Assembly (NCBI RefSeq): GCF_030144855.1
Contig: NW_026781759.1
Span: 62,001 to 126,000, forward strand
DNA length: 64,000 nt
DNA from: Hypanus sabinus
Taxonomy: Eukaryota
Direction: 5' to 3'
Made by a program: the position numbers and the translations under genes. Positions 48,401-62,500 of the stretch are shown one piece after another. The first letter of the stretch is position 1. Every line of letters starts with the position of its first letter. Under the pieces are notes generated by a model that worked only from the letters and a program-made list of their open reading frames with translations, was not told where the DNA came from and did no database searches.

Positions 48401-48699
48401 TATAAATCCAGACATGACTATGGATTTCATATAATATCGATCTCAGCAACAGCATGTCCCCCACAAACCCCACCACCCCCCACCCCGAGTAAGCAAGACA
48501 AGCAGAGATGGAGAAGGTAAATATTTCGAAGCATTGTAGATGTGGACATAAGGAAGTAAATGATGATTAATGTTTAGTCATCCGAGATCGAGCCAGACAC
48601 GCGGAGGTTACTAAGCAAAGCGCGCATGTTGAAACAAGGGAAATTGAGAAGGTATATGAGGCGCAAATGGGGAGCGAGGAGAATGGTGTGCCTTCCAAA

Positions 48700-50560
48700 G
48701 GAGAAAGCCGTTTACCTAGAGACAAGAAGTTCGATAAATCCTTGATGATTATTTCACATCGGTGTTCACTACGGAAACGGATACACTGTAGGACAAAATC
48801 AGGATGCGAAGAATTTTATTGTGGGGTACGATGATATTGTGACCAAACTGTTGAGTCATTTTACCATGCACAACTATGCATTGCTTCAATATCTCGCTGC
48901 CCCATATCCGGACACTTTTCTCCACCACCTTGGTGTCTCCACTGAACCTCCTGTCGGCCTGTCGAACTGCTCAATCCCCTGTAACTCCTCCTCTCTCCCT
49001 TCCATTCTGAGCCACCGCGTTGGACTCGTTTCCGCAGAACAGACGCTGCGGCATTCCCATGGTCGCGGCATTCCCATGCGGCAACCGCCAACAATACGGA
49101 CGGCGATAAAACTTTTATTGATGGGAATAACCACAGAGTGTTCTGGAATGTCTGTTTATTCTTTTTCCTTCTTCTGTCTATCACACAAATACCTGCCTCC
49201 TGCAACTCAGCGGTAACACCTCACTGTCCCTTAAAGAGCCGAATGTCACTGACCTGCTGCTCCAGATTAAGACATATAAAGTATTATCTTGTTGAACGGC
49301 TCAGATTGACCGATTGTAGGATGTGGTGGCTGTCGCTGAATCGTGGCTACAAGTTAGTCGCATGTCGGAACTGAATGTCCAAGGCTTCACGTTGTATCGG
49401 AAGGATAGGAAGGTTTGCAGAGAGGGTAGCTTAGTTTTGCAGCTAACGAATGGCATCAACTCACTGGAAAGATGTGAGATAGGATCGTGAGCTGTGAAAT
49501 CATATTGGGATGTGTTAGGAAACTCAACAGTAACTGACATACAGACCACAGATTTTAACAGGAAAGAAATGTGTGTATGAAGGTCGATGTTATGATAGCC
49601 ACGGGATTTTTCGACATGCAGCTCGATTGGTTTGGCTTGATTGTGCAGATTGTCATTCAGCCGACTTGCGGATCAGCTGTACTGCATTGGCTGCGGTGAA
49701 ATGAATCAGAAGTGATTCGAGAGCTTCAGGTAAACGAATTTTTATGAGCCACTGATTACAATACAGTTGAGTTCATTTTGAAATATGATAGGGGGAAAAT
49801 TGAAGTTTGTTGCAGCAGTGGAGTAATGGAAATTACAGAGGTATGAGAAAGGCTCTGGCTAAAAGAAAATGCAGAATGTGCCGTCAGGATTATCTGCAGG
49901 GCGGAAATGCGGTGGGCTGGTGAGCTGGTAACACAGAGGAACCTGCAGAATACATGTAATCTAAGAATGACGAAATACTCTGATGATAAATAAATACAAT
50001 CGTGGCAAACGTGAAAGTAAAAAAAAATATGGGTAGACAGAAAATTTGTAAACTTTAAAAAAATTAGTAATTGCTATTAACAGAATCATTAGAAGGAAAG
50101 TCATTAGATGAAATATGAAAACAAGCTCGTGGACAATATCAAAGTGGATATTATAAACGTTTTTACGGATATAAAAATCAAAGAGAAATGAAAGTGGATA
50201 TAGGACTGTTCGAAAAGGAGGGAGGCAAAATAATAATGGGGAGAAGGAGATGGCAGATGATCAAAATGAATATTTGGCACTGTGAAAGATACCAACAGTT
50301 TGCCTGATGCCGTACGGTGTGAGGGAAGAGAAGTGGGTGTAGTTACTGTCACAAAAGAGAAGGTGCTCAAGCACTTGGATGAGCGAAGGGTGCAGATCAA
50401 CTGTCGAAGGAGAACTTCGTTTCTCCAGAAGGTGGTGAATTTGGGGAATTTGTTACCAAATTCAGCTGTGGAAGCAAGGTTAGTCGGTGTATTTAAGGAA
50501 GAGATTTATAGATTGTTGTTTGTATACGTCATCAATCGTTACGGGGAGAAGGCCGGGAAA
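48700..50560. mobile_element. Heavily decayed CR1 fragments (ORF1/ORF2)
   Basis: 49330-49520 resembles the CR1 APE region. 50282-50569 reads EGREVGVVTVTKEKVL...FLQKVVNLGNLLPNSAVEA. Confidence 0.5.
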
Positions 50561-52595
50561 TGGCCGTGAGGAAGGATAATACGGGAGCAAGCATGATTGA
50601 GCACACACAGTTGGACAATTTGCATTTTATATTCCGTTTTTGCGTAGGCTCAATGCCACGCTGATCAGTTGCAAAAACCTGTGACGAGCAGGGAACTGAC
50701 TGAAACTACGTGTACAAAGGGAAAACGTATAATGCTGCTGCCAAGTCCTAATGAATGGTCTCTGCCCGAAACGTGGACCCGTCGTTCATTACGATAGATG
50801 TCCTCTGACCTGTTGAGTTCCCCCAGCATTTTTGGTGTGATTCCGCTCTGAGGACAAAGTACAAATCACAATGATTATCAAAGAACTGTAATGTCCTGGT
50901 TCATATATTTACTGTTTTGTTTTACGTATTTTCTTTAGCAGTTCCGTAACGGCAGTCTGCTCTGCTGGTCACCTGTTTGGTTTATTGTTGAATAGAAGGA
51001 TTATGTGCTATCCAATTACCATTGTAGAATGAGGTGGAGCTTTTCTTGGAGAGAGACAGTAAGGTTCGTCTTGTTTATTTTTGTTCGGCGGCAGATTAGG
51101 AAGGAAGATGCTGGGAGAGCCGATCAGAGAAACATAGAAACCCTATTGCACAATACTGCTCTTTGGCCCACAAAGTTATGCAGAACATGTCCTTACCTTA
51201 GAAATTACCTATGGTAAACGATTATTCGTCTAAGCTCCATTAACCTACCCAGGTGTTTCTTAAAAGACCCTGTTCTATCCGCCTGCAGCACTGTCGCCGG
51301 CGGCCAAATCTACGCACTCACCACTCTTTGCGTAAAAGGCTTATCCCTGACATCTCTGTACCGATTTCAAAGCAGCTTAAAACTGTGCCCTCCCGTGCTA
51401 TCCATTTCAGCCCTACAGAAAAAAAAGCCTCTGAATATCCACACGATCAATGCCTCTCAACATGTTATGCACTGTCGAAGGATACAATCCGTTTGATCGA
51501 GATGGATTGGGAGCGACGTTCGGAAGGTGGTGCGTGCTTTCCCGTTGACCGCGGACACAGCCCGCCAGTGACACGGAAGTGCAATTTGATCTCCATCTGG
51601 TGCACATTTGACTGTTAAATTTAAATCGCCCTTCTGCTTTTTGCTTTTATTTTCTAACCCTTGTATGTTAAGATTCAAAATGTAATTTAATCCTATACTT
51701 TGTGCCGTCTGTTAATTCGTGGCACTAATTTATTACAGTGTAGTAAATTACACAGCATCCACATAAGCCGGTTGTCGGGGCGGGAGAGCCGTTTCAATCT
51801 CATGAGTGTGGCGGGACGTGTGAGTGGTTTCCATAGACTTAAATAGCCTTGGAGACCGGGGGTTCCAGTACATATACGTCTCCGCATACCATGAGATACA
51901 TTTTATTTCAGAGAAAGTCAAGTCACCCCGTCGGCCACCAACCATCGTTCTGCTGTCAAATCCCATTCCAATATTTGGTGGGAAATAACTGATCCCCTCG
52001 AGCATGCCTGAATAGACTTTCCTACCCTGTGCTGCTGCCACACCCACGGCTCATCAGATACTTCCATGAACAAGCAGGTGTGCGGGTGTACCAAATAAAG
52101 CGGTTGTTGAGGGTATGCCATCAATGGCGATTTCACATATTCACACCGGCTCAAACAAGCCCAGAGGAAATTGGAATTCATATTGGAATTCATATGCAAG
52201 CGGCCGGTTGGCGATCGATGCAATTTCAAACGAAATCTGAACGTTTTGACTATGAAGAATACAGAGAGAATAGAAGTATAAGTTACAGGTCATAGAGAAC
52301 AATTTGGCCATTCCACCGAGTCTAATCCGCCGTTCCATCACAACTGATTTAATTCTTAACCCCGTTTGCTTGCCTCCTGTCTATGTCTTTCGAAACCCTT
52401 CGTAATTGACATCATTGCAGCCTCCGCTTTAAACAAAAGGACATCCAGGCAGACTTCAATCTACTTCATCACGTGATTGTATTCTATGTAAAGTTATGTT
52501 TTACAATCGTGGTTCATTTTCTGTGGTCTTAATATATTTAAGAAAATTGTTATGCTCGCTGTTTGGCCTGCAAATGTGAGAGGGAGTGAGGGTCG

Positions 52596-52597
<2 letters not shown>

Positions 52598-52675
<78 letters not shown>
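52598..52675. repeat. (GA)n microsatellite
   Basis: Perfect dinucleotide run of ~39 units. Confidence 0.98.
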
Positions 52676-52677
<2 letters not shown>

Positions 52678-54519
52678 CATCCTTTCACTGTTTCCCTTTG
52701 CCTGAAAGATCAAAAGATTGCCAAATAATCGGAGAAGAGGACGGAAAAGTGATAGGGCTTAGTCAATGATTAGCCGGTGGTAATGGAAGGGAAGGCGGTT
52801 TAAATATCGGGGAGTTTTAACAGACAATTCCTTTGTCCCTCTCAGGAACTGAAGAAGTGCGGGTTGTTTCTTGTCTGCGGCGCAGCTGGACATGGCTGAT
52901 GTCTTATTGTTTTTGAACTTTTGCTTTTCTTTCAACCAGAAACTTGATTGAGGATCCGAGATTCTTAATTCAGGTTCAGGAGCGGTTTCGAGATGAATGA
53001 GAGTGGAAAATCTGAACGAGACTGAGGGACTTCACTCACACCAACACGGTTAACACCAGAATCAGCCACCTCCACCTGTCAACTGTTCGGAGCTTTCAGA
53101 CTACTCGAGAGGTATTTAGTAATTTGGAGATAGATATCAATATTTTACCTGCACTGTTAATATTGTAATGCTGATTTGTAGTGACTATGATGATAGTTGT
53201 TGTAAACAGTATCGTGACAATATTTACCTTATTGATGTTCCATCTCCTTTCTCTTTCCTCTTTTAATTCAGCATGTTGCGGCATGTTTTAAGCATTGAAT
53301 AATGTAAGTAAGATGTGTTAGGAATGACTGTATCTATTAAATAAGTTGTTGCTTCTCTATCTTGTATTATTATATCGGAACGGTCATGTAATTACTGATC
53401 GTACCGTATAAATAGACGGAATCCGACTTTGTTTATACAGTAAGTTGTTGTGTCCTTTCTGCTTCTGGTAGCTGGTGAAAAACTCATGTCCGAACACAGC
53501 CAATCAAGCTTATTTCTCATTTGCTCGGAACTTTCAGACTATTCTTGTGCTGATTAATATTGTAGCCTTCTGGAGATGTCCATAAAGATGGCTGCGTAGG
53601 TATTTTTCTGATTGGACGGCTGTGATCAGTGGAGATCCGCAGCAATCGGTGTCTGGGACCGCTTCTTATCGCGTTGTTCGTCAATGATTTGAATGACGAA
53701 TATGTTTGCTTTATGGGAGGGCTTGTGGATCATGCGGAGGCAGAGGGAAGCGCAGGTGGAACGGAGCAACCAGGGTGTTTGCACAAGGAGTGAGACGGAC
53801 TGCAGGAATAAGCAAAGTATTTGCAGAAGGAAATTAATGTAGGGAATTCCGTAATCTCACACTTTGGCAGAGGGAATAAAGGCGTGGACTGTCCCGTATA
53901 TTGGAAGCCCGACTGAAATTAAAAATCCGAGAAGAATAGAATTGAAAAATCACAGCTGAAGAGCAATTGGAAAGATTCCCAGCAGAAACATCTGCAGTTT
54001 GGGTTCGTGCTGAGGAAGCCAAATGCACGTTCCCATTTATATTCAGAGAACTGCGTATAGAAAACCAACTCCTTAGCTACGTTTTAAACTGTACACTCTT
54101 CCTCGCTTCGTTGCAAGCCCGTGGCACTGGTAGCAAACTTAACATCACAACCCTGGAGATTCTGTCCTTTAACTGAGCTCCTACATTCCCGAACCGCCTG
54201 TGAAGGTCATCGTCATTCATCGTACTCTTGTCATTGGTCCTACGTAGACCATAATTTCTCGTTGTTCATCCTCCCAGTTAAGAATGCTGAGGTCTGGATA
54301 CTACAAACATAGCCTGCCTTCCCCCGACCACCTCAGCACCCGCCGCCGACTTCTCTTCTGAGTTACAGAGGTCAACTGAGTGCCTGAGACGCGGTCACTG
54401 TGACTGAACAGAGTTAGGTCATTCCGCCGCCCCCAAACCCCACAACACTATCCAAAATGTTGAAGGAGATGGCCACAGGGAAATTCTACCCGCCCCCTTT
54501 CAGCCGTTTGTCCTTCCTG

Positions 54520-54790
54520 AATGTCACACAGACTCCTGTGCCCTGACAGCCCTGGGTGTATCTCCATCTATGTATATCCTGTCCTTCACAACTTCAGCCT
54601 CACGAGTGATCTGGAGCTCGTCCATTTCCAGTTCCACCACATTAACTCGGATTGTTAGAAGCTGCAGCGAAACGCAGCTCTCACAGATGATATCGTCAGT
54701 GTGACTGGAGTTCTTTATGCCTTCCCAGATCTCGCAATAAGAGCATTCAACTATCCTGCCTGGTATCTCTGCTATCCTATCTGTACCCAT
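54520..54790 (-). mobile_element. CR1 ORF1 N-terminal remnant (paralogue of 33440-33720)
   Basis: IVECSYCEIWE...ICESCVSLQLLTIRVNVVELEMDELQITREAE. Confidence 0.7.
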
Positions 54791-55699
54791 ATAAGGAAGT
54801 GATTGAAAACAATCTTAACCAAGTGTTTTCCTCTTCTTTGCCTCCTTTGACTGAAGACTCCTTGAGATGACGCATCGGCGAGCAAAAGCATGAAGACCAC
54901 ATGATTGACGGTCCATTCAGACGACGGATATTGCGTTTGCCCCTGCCTTCCTCTTGCTGATCAACCGCAAACGTCGCCTGTTCGCTGTCCAAAGATCTTT
55001 GTTCACTGTAAGGACACGGTGTAGCCTTCAATACCTGGGCTGATTGAAGGCCTCTCCTCCCAAATCACCCGACGTCCCTATTGGCCGCTAGGCAACGCTC
55101 TTTTCCTCAAAATTATTATTGCGAAATTATCTAGCACGTTTTTATTTTCAATCTACCTATGCAAATATAGGCCGGTTGGTGGCGCAGTGATATCAACGCC
55201 GGACACGGGATGGTAGAGGCCGTGTTCGAATACGGTCAATCCGTTCACGGGCAGGATTTCTACACCTGCTGGATTGAGGGTCGAGCTTGCAACCTGGTCT
55301 CGTCAAAAAACAAAAAAATACGAGAAATAGTGCTCTGCGAGAAGGACGTGGCGGACCACTCACAAATATAAATGGAACTATAATTTAATGTCGATGCAAT
55401 AATTACTTTAATCTGCTATTATCATTATTATTGTTTTATTTTATTCATTATTTGCTGCCTGTACCTTCCTTCTCAGACTAGTTGTATGCCAGTGTCTGAC
55501 TTGTGAAAATATGTAAGTTTCGTAATTTTGTGTCCACTTCCAGACACGACATGCATCGGTGGACAGCCTACTGCTGGGATCATTAGATAAATTTTCCAAA
55601 CTGCATTTGTATTGCTTCTCTGAGGGTCTGCAAATAAATAGTTAACTACACGAGTAATTCCGCAGAACTTAAAATTAAGTGAGTGTCCGTGGGGATTGT

Positions 55700-55707
55700 T
55701 GACGTCA
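55700..55707 (+). promoter_or_regulatory. Perfect CRE in the GPCR promoter (paralogue cgacgtca at 34400-34407)
   Basis: TGACGTCA ~165 bp upstream of the ATG, within a conserved gggatt..(t/c)gacgtcacc.cggaggtgtggct block. Confidence 0.55.
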
Positions 55708-55872
55708 CCGCGGAGGTGTGGCTGCTGGTGAATTGTTCTATTAATATGTCTCCCTCTCAACGACAGTCTCTGTCAGAGCCGCCAATCTACGCTATCAGAC
55801 ATCAGAGGGATTCAGAGAGAGAGAGTGTGGACAGAGGCTGGATCGGGAGCAGAAATCTGGATTATTCCAGCA

Positions 55873-58800
55873 ATGGATCTACAAAATGCACCGCGGAACA
55901 CTGCGGCATCTGTAAATAATATTTTCCGGGCGTATCCATATCTGGGTAAAACAAATAATGGAATTCGTTTGTACTTTCGAATCTATCAGGCGCTTCAGGA
56001 CGTCAACATGGTTTACTATCCTGCACTCGCAATTGTAGCTGTCCCGAGTAAGTGTCTCGACCATTCCTCGTGATTAACGTTGAAAAAATGAGTCAGCTTT
56101 TCTTTCCTACCTGTCTTCTAACGACGTGCTAATTGCATGGCAAGTCTATCAAACCGGTACCGCTTCAGCAACACCGGCTGAGTAAATTACGGATGTTCGC
56201 TCTCCAGCTTTGGGGTTGCCAGCGTCGCGGTTACTTCTCTGTCAGTCCAACGTTATCTGTGTCTCTTTTCCTCTCAAACACTGCCACCTAGTGACCTCTC
56301 ATGCACATTCACTCCCAGAGAAGCAAGTTCGAGCTCCCAGAACCTCCCCGCACAGTGCATACCCTCGAATCTAGGCAGTATTACGGGAAATTACATCTGC
56401 ACCTTTTGTGATGAATACTCATGCTTCCGGTGCTTTATGTTCCACAGTCCATTTGGGACATGGTGGGATAATTTAACTTTCTCGCAGTTTGTTTGGATGG
56501 GACGGCATCGAGGGAAGGAAAGAAGGAATGAATGAAGGAATAAATAGATAGATAGATAGACAGATAATAAATAATATCTACCGGCTACACAAGCAGTGCA
56601 GTGGAATCTGAGAGCCTGCAGACGGGATACCGACTGTTTAAGCGAACGTTCCAGAGTCCAGGCGGAATGAGCGCAATGTTGCTAAAAGCGAAGTCACCTA
56701 CCGGGGAGGGACAAATGGAAAGACAGAATACAATTAAGTGGTAAACAATTGCAGTATGCTGCCGTGTGGAGATACTTCAGAGTGTTTGTTCTTTAATTAC
56801 AAAAGTTTGGTATGAAGCAGCAGCAGGCTAACAAGAAGGCAATTGTGATATTGGCCTTCATTGCTACAGGGGTGAATTTAAGAGCAGGGAGGTTATGCTG
56901 CACCTGCACAAGTTAGTGGTGAGGTGGCAGTTGCGGTATTGCGTGCAGGTCTGGTTTTCTGACTTTAGGAGGGATTTACTGGCGTTGTAGTGTTCACCAA
57001 TTTGATTCCAGACACGAGGTGGCGAGTCTATCAGGAGTGATTCAACTTCCTTGGACTGCGCACACTGGAATTCAGATGGATCAGAGACGATCTTTTGGCG
57101 ACATATAAAATTATGAGGGGGATAGATAAAACAGGGGCAGGCAAATTGTTTCCATTGGCAGGCAAGTGTAAAACTATGGGATATTGACGGAAGCTTGTGG
57201 GCAGCGAACGTAGGACGGAGATGAGGAGGAACTGCTTTTGAAAGAGGTCAAGTCAAGTCACTTTCATTGTAATTTCGACCATAATGTTAATACGGTACGT
57301 AGTAAAAAAAATGAGACATTTTTACATTTGGACCGTGGTATACAGAACTGCGTAAAATGCACAAAACAGTGAAGGCATAACAATAAATAATAAATAGGGC
57401 AATAGGGGAGTAAGGTGTAAACACAGGCTCTGGGTGTTGAGGAGTCTAATAGCTTAGGGTAAGAAATTTTTACATAGTTTGAGGAAAGCGAATGCTTTGG
57501 TGCCTTTTTTTCCCAGACGACAGGAGGGAGAAGAGATTATACGAGGGGTGCATGGGGTCCTTCATAATGCTGTTTCCTTTGCGGATGCAGCGTGTCGTGT
57601 AAATGTCCGTGATGGCGGGAAGATAGACTCTGATGATCTTCTCAGCTGACCTCACTATCCGCTGCACGGGTTTGTGATCTGAGATGATGCAATTGTTGAA
57701 CCCGATGAATTCTCTGCCCAATCAAGCACTGGAGGCTACCTCAGTAAATATATTTCTGAGATGTGTGGATAGATTTTTGCGTCGTAGGGTATTAATAGTT
57801 TTATTGGGGGGGGGAGCAGATAGATGGAAAGGACTCCATGGTCAGATCAGCCATGATCATCTTCAATGGCGGCGCATGCCAGTCAGAACAGATGGAATAT
57901 TCCGAATACTATTTATTCAGTACTTTTGCTCTAATGTTCTCTCGTGTTTACAGTTTAAGGAAGTTGAATTTCTGTCACTGTGATAGTCAGTACATTAAAC
58001 AGTTCATTTTCACGTGCTGTTTTCAATTCTTTCTCCTGACGCCAAAGTTCAGATCACATTCCAGACATCGATTGTTAACATTCTTTCGCCCATAGGGCTC
58101 GGGAGCTGAATTCGCCCGTTCAAACACCGAGCATTCTCCGCCATTCCCTGATAGCTGATTGATCATCCCTCTCACCCATATTCTAGCGCCCACTCCCCGT
58201 ATCCATAGACGCCCCGAAGAATCAAGAGCTATTCATGCAAATAACTCCAAACAGCTAATTCTCACAGCCGTCTGTGCCGAAGAATTCCACACATTAATCA
58301 GCCTCGGTCTAAATAAATTTCTACTCACATCTGTTCTAAAGTGATTTTTTTCTTTTGCAAAACCTCAACTTCAGTTGCAGACTCCCCCAATTCAGAAGCT
58401 ACCCAATCCACATCGACGATATCTAGGCGTAGCGATATACAATGATTTTCAATAAGATCCCCCGCATTTTCCTGAGCCTCAGCAGGTACATTATAATCAC
58501 AACCGATTTAATAATGGCTCCCTATAATCTCCTAAGTGGATACATTCAAGCCATGGCATTTCTACTCTCGAAAGTGCTATCGATTAAAATAATTGCTTTA
58601 AAGAATGTTTCCACCCAAATGCATGTTAATGGTCTTTATCTCACTCCGTACAGTGAACGTGGTGACATTAGTCATCCTGTCGCGGGGAAAGTGCGGTCTC
58701 TCCAAAGGCGTCACAAGTTACCTGGTTGCCATGGTAGCAGCAGATCAGCTCGTGGTTCTCTTCGATCTGGTATTGAGCAAGATTATGATGATGTTCATGA

Positions 58801-59579
58801 CAATTGATGTTATAGTCTGGTTAGCACGTGTTCCCGCGTGTAACATCCACGCCGTCGTGCTCTACGCCGCCACGGACTGTTCTGTCTGGTTCACCGTCAC
58901 TTTCACCTTTGATCGATTTGTAGCCATTTGTTTTCAGAAGTTGAAACGAAAATACTGCACCGGGAGAGCGGCGGCTCTGGTTCTGGGGACAGTGACTCTG
59001 CTGAGCTGCGTAAAGAATATATTCTGGTACTTTTTTTTCGAAAGGGTATATTCGTTATTATTTACTTCTGTGCTCTGTGAACGTAGTTACGGTTTATTTT
59101 CCACACTTCAGATGCAAGCATTCCAGGTGATTCATCACCTCTTCACCCCAATCTTACCCTTTATTCCGGTTCTGATGCTCAACAGTTTAACCGTCAGGCA
59201 CGTCTTAGTGGCCAGCCGAGCCCGGAGGAGACTCCGTGTTTCTTGCGATGGGGAGGCGCCCGTCGACCCGGAGATGAAGAACCGCAGGCAATCCCTCCTG
59301 TTACTGCTGGTGATGTCGGGAAATTTCATCCTGCTGTGGGCGCTGCTGACGGTGTATTCCGTATGGGATAGCTTCATTATTTCCTTTGCATGGGACCTAC
59401 CGAATTCTCTGCGGGAGCTGGGCTACATGCTGCAAGTGCTGAGCTGCTGCACCAATACGGCCCTTTACGCCGTTGTGCAGGCCAGGTTCAGGGCTCAGCT
59501 GATGGTGACGGTGAAATCGCCCTTAAGTCTCATGACAAAGTTCACTCGGCGTTGTCAGGACCGCATTTATCTTCGCTGA
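55873..59579 (+). CDS. GPR139-like class A orphan GPCR, paralogue 2; exon 1 55873-56047, exon 2 58654-59579; 366 aa
   Basis: Exon 1 MDLQNAPRNTAASV...MVYYPALAIVAVP-a|gtaagt joins ccgtacag|tg NVVTLVILS. Open 7TM frame with TFDRF and SCCTNTALY. Confidence 0.85.
57450..57700 (-). mobile_element. Rex1/Babar LINE 3' remnant
   Basis: VQRIVRSAEKIIRVYLPAITDIYTTRCIRKGNSIMKDPMHPSYNLFSLLSSG. Confidence 0.8.
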
Positions 59580-62500
59580 CGCTTCTCCCATTCCGCGGCA
59601 GAATTCCTATTTCGTCAGTGGCATGTGAATTTCCGCTGAGGCTGTGAACAACCCCGAAAAGCTACCGTACTCCTCCCTCTATGCCCGAGAGAATCGGGGA
59701 CGTGTTCCCAATCTGCCTCCACTTTGCTCTTTCCAGTTTACTTTCTTCACGAGCTCCCTGTAATGTCTGATTCCGCTCCACCAAGTGGCTGATTCGTCCG
59801 ATACGTGCATGCGAAGCCTTGCCATCAACATGGGAACACCAACGTAGTGCCCTGCCGGTATTCCGTGCGGCCCGAATGCCTGCTCAGATACGCCCGGTGC
59901 AGATCAATCTGTTTCCTCTGGCGAGAGCTTTTGGTTCCACGCGCCCCAGGTATTGAACAGTTCCGGAAGACTGCTTACCATGGACAGACTGCAAATCTCT
60001 ACCTCATCAGGGTTTCTTTACAATCTGTCTCTCACCCTGAGAATAATTCCGTGACTCGCACTCGTCAAACCACTCGCTCAATCGCCGTTCGTCCGGTTCA
60101 AGCAGGAAATGCCATCGCAATGCCTTCTGGTAAATAAAATGATTTCTTGGACACTTTGTGCATCAGAGATCCAATCTATCGAATTGGATTGAGTACATTA
60201 GGTTGGTGGGAAGGGGATTGCTGAGAAAAAAAACACAGTATGTCTGTTTATTGTTTGAGATTCGGCAAAAATGTGAGATGCTGTGAGAGGTATGGCTCCA
60301 GGAGAAATACCTCAATTTGTCTGGTTACATCAGAGCTTTTTCCCACTGCTTTGTCAGGAATAGCATCTTGCATTAGAGTATTCCTACTGAGATATTGTTT
60401 TGTACGTAAATTCCCCGGAAGGCTGACGCACATCTTTCTTTCATGTTCGACAGTGAGTTGTTCCGGGGTTTGTGATATACTTCACTGACTCGGATCTGGG
60501 CAGAATTGTTGACTTTCAGACGACCCCCCCCCACCCAAAAACACACACTTGCTTTGAGACATACACAAAGTGACGGAGGATCATCGGGCAGTAATTTCAC
60601 ATTAACTCTGCAGAGCAAGTCCTCTACTCAGAGAGTAGTGGGTGCATGGGGTTCACTTCCTGGGATGGTGGTAGAGGCAGTAGGAACAGTGACCTTGAGG
60701 AGTTGCCGAGCCAGACATGTGGCTATGAGGAAGTCCTGATTGCCAATTACTTTTCATCGATCATCCCGGTTTTCCTAATTTCCTGCAGCTGTGTCTCCTG
60801 CGAAAACGTCTGCTGTTTATTCATTTCCATAGATACAGCCTGACCTTCTGTGTTCCTCTAGCATTTCCAGTGTTTTCCCACCATCTGCAATTCCCTCGGG
60901 TTTCTCCTCTTTTAGTTCTTTTCTGGCTTCTTTTCACTCCTCTTGGGTCTCGTTCGACACAAACCTGCGAGCGTTTACATACTTCCCCCTTTTTCCTTGA
61001 GTAAATTCATCAAATCGCCAGGCAGCTGTCGAGGAATTTATGTATATTCAAGGGAGACTTTGATAGTTCCTGCTTGGTCAGGGCATGAAGAGATACGGGG
61101 AGGGAACAGGACCAGAAAGATTAGTGGAAAATGGGAACAGTCGTGTTAAAATTGTTGAGTGGACTTGATAGGTGAAACTGCCCAATTCTACTCCGATATC
61201 TTATGGATATATAGAGGAACGGAGAGCAGAGGAAGCTGACACAAAAGAGCAGTATTCGATCATTCGCGAACAACGCGACTGACCGGACGTTACAACAAGG
61301 GTCTTTTCAGTTCCATCCTTCTGACTTCAAAATTCCCTTATGAAACTCCACTTTGAATGTCCGGGACCGTCAATTCCTTAGCTTCGCCACTCGGTAGCTG
61401 TTGAAATTCCATCTCATCTCTTTTCTGAATAGACAAGTCTGTTCTGAGGTTGTGCCCCCTGTTCCCAGACTCCTCCACATCCACTCTATCTTGGTCGTTT
61501 TAATATTTCATAGACTTCATTGCGGTTCCTCCAACTTCCCTCGTTCTTCTAATCTCCAGCGAGTACTGGCCCAGATCTTCATTCGTTATACATTTAATTC
61601 CCGTGGTTACTATCGTGTCCTCCACTGGGCCGACTACAATTCTATTTGAACTGTTTTTGGAAGCGGTGGGTGTCGAATGGAGCCGGAAGAGTGGATGGAC
61701 AATTTGCATTGCTCTGAACTGTATCACAGCCTACGAGAATCTGTTGGAATGGCCATGAAATGGGGAAAAGCATCAGATAGAATATCGGAGATTCACCTGC
61801 CCGGTTCCTCACAGCGACGACACAAATAGTGCTGGGTGACTAATTGAAACTGCTGTGAGCCAAATTAAATGTGGGGTCGAATCGTTAAACCGGAGGGAGT
61901 GGGACAATGTGACTGAATAGACCCACAACAACAACCTCTCGCTCAAGGTCAGCAAAATCGAAGAAGTGATTATTGACAAAAGGAAGAGGAATCCCGAGAT
62001 ATATCCTAGGTGCCAATGGTCGGTATATTTAAACCCCGTCATCGTTTCAGAAGATCCGTTCTGTGGCAATCGCGGAAGTGCCATTACAAGGAAGGCAGGA
62101 GAGCACATCCACATCCTTCGAACTTTGCGCAGATTCGGGATGGCATGTAAATGTTTGTCACACCTCTATTCATGGGCTTTCGAGAGGACCGACTGGCTCT
62201 CTCAAACCCTGTTATGGACCAATGCACAGGAACAGGAAAAAACCTCGAGCACAGTCCATCAAAACGGACAGTCCTCATCACTATTGAGCACATTCTCAAT
62301 GAACGTTAAGTGAAGAGAGCAACGCCGATCATCAAGGACCTCCACCAACCGGGACATACACTCTCCTCGATGCTGCCATCACGCGGGAGCAAACTTGTTG
62401 CTGCTATCGGGAAGGAGGAAAGGGGGTCGCAGTTCCCACACAACCAGTTCACGAACAGCTGTTACCCTGCGACTGTCGGGCTCATGAACCAGCCTGGATG

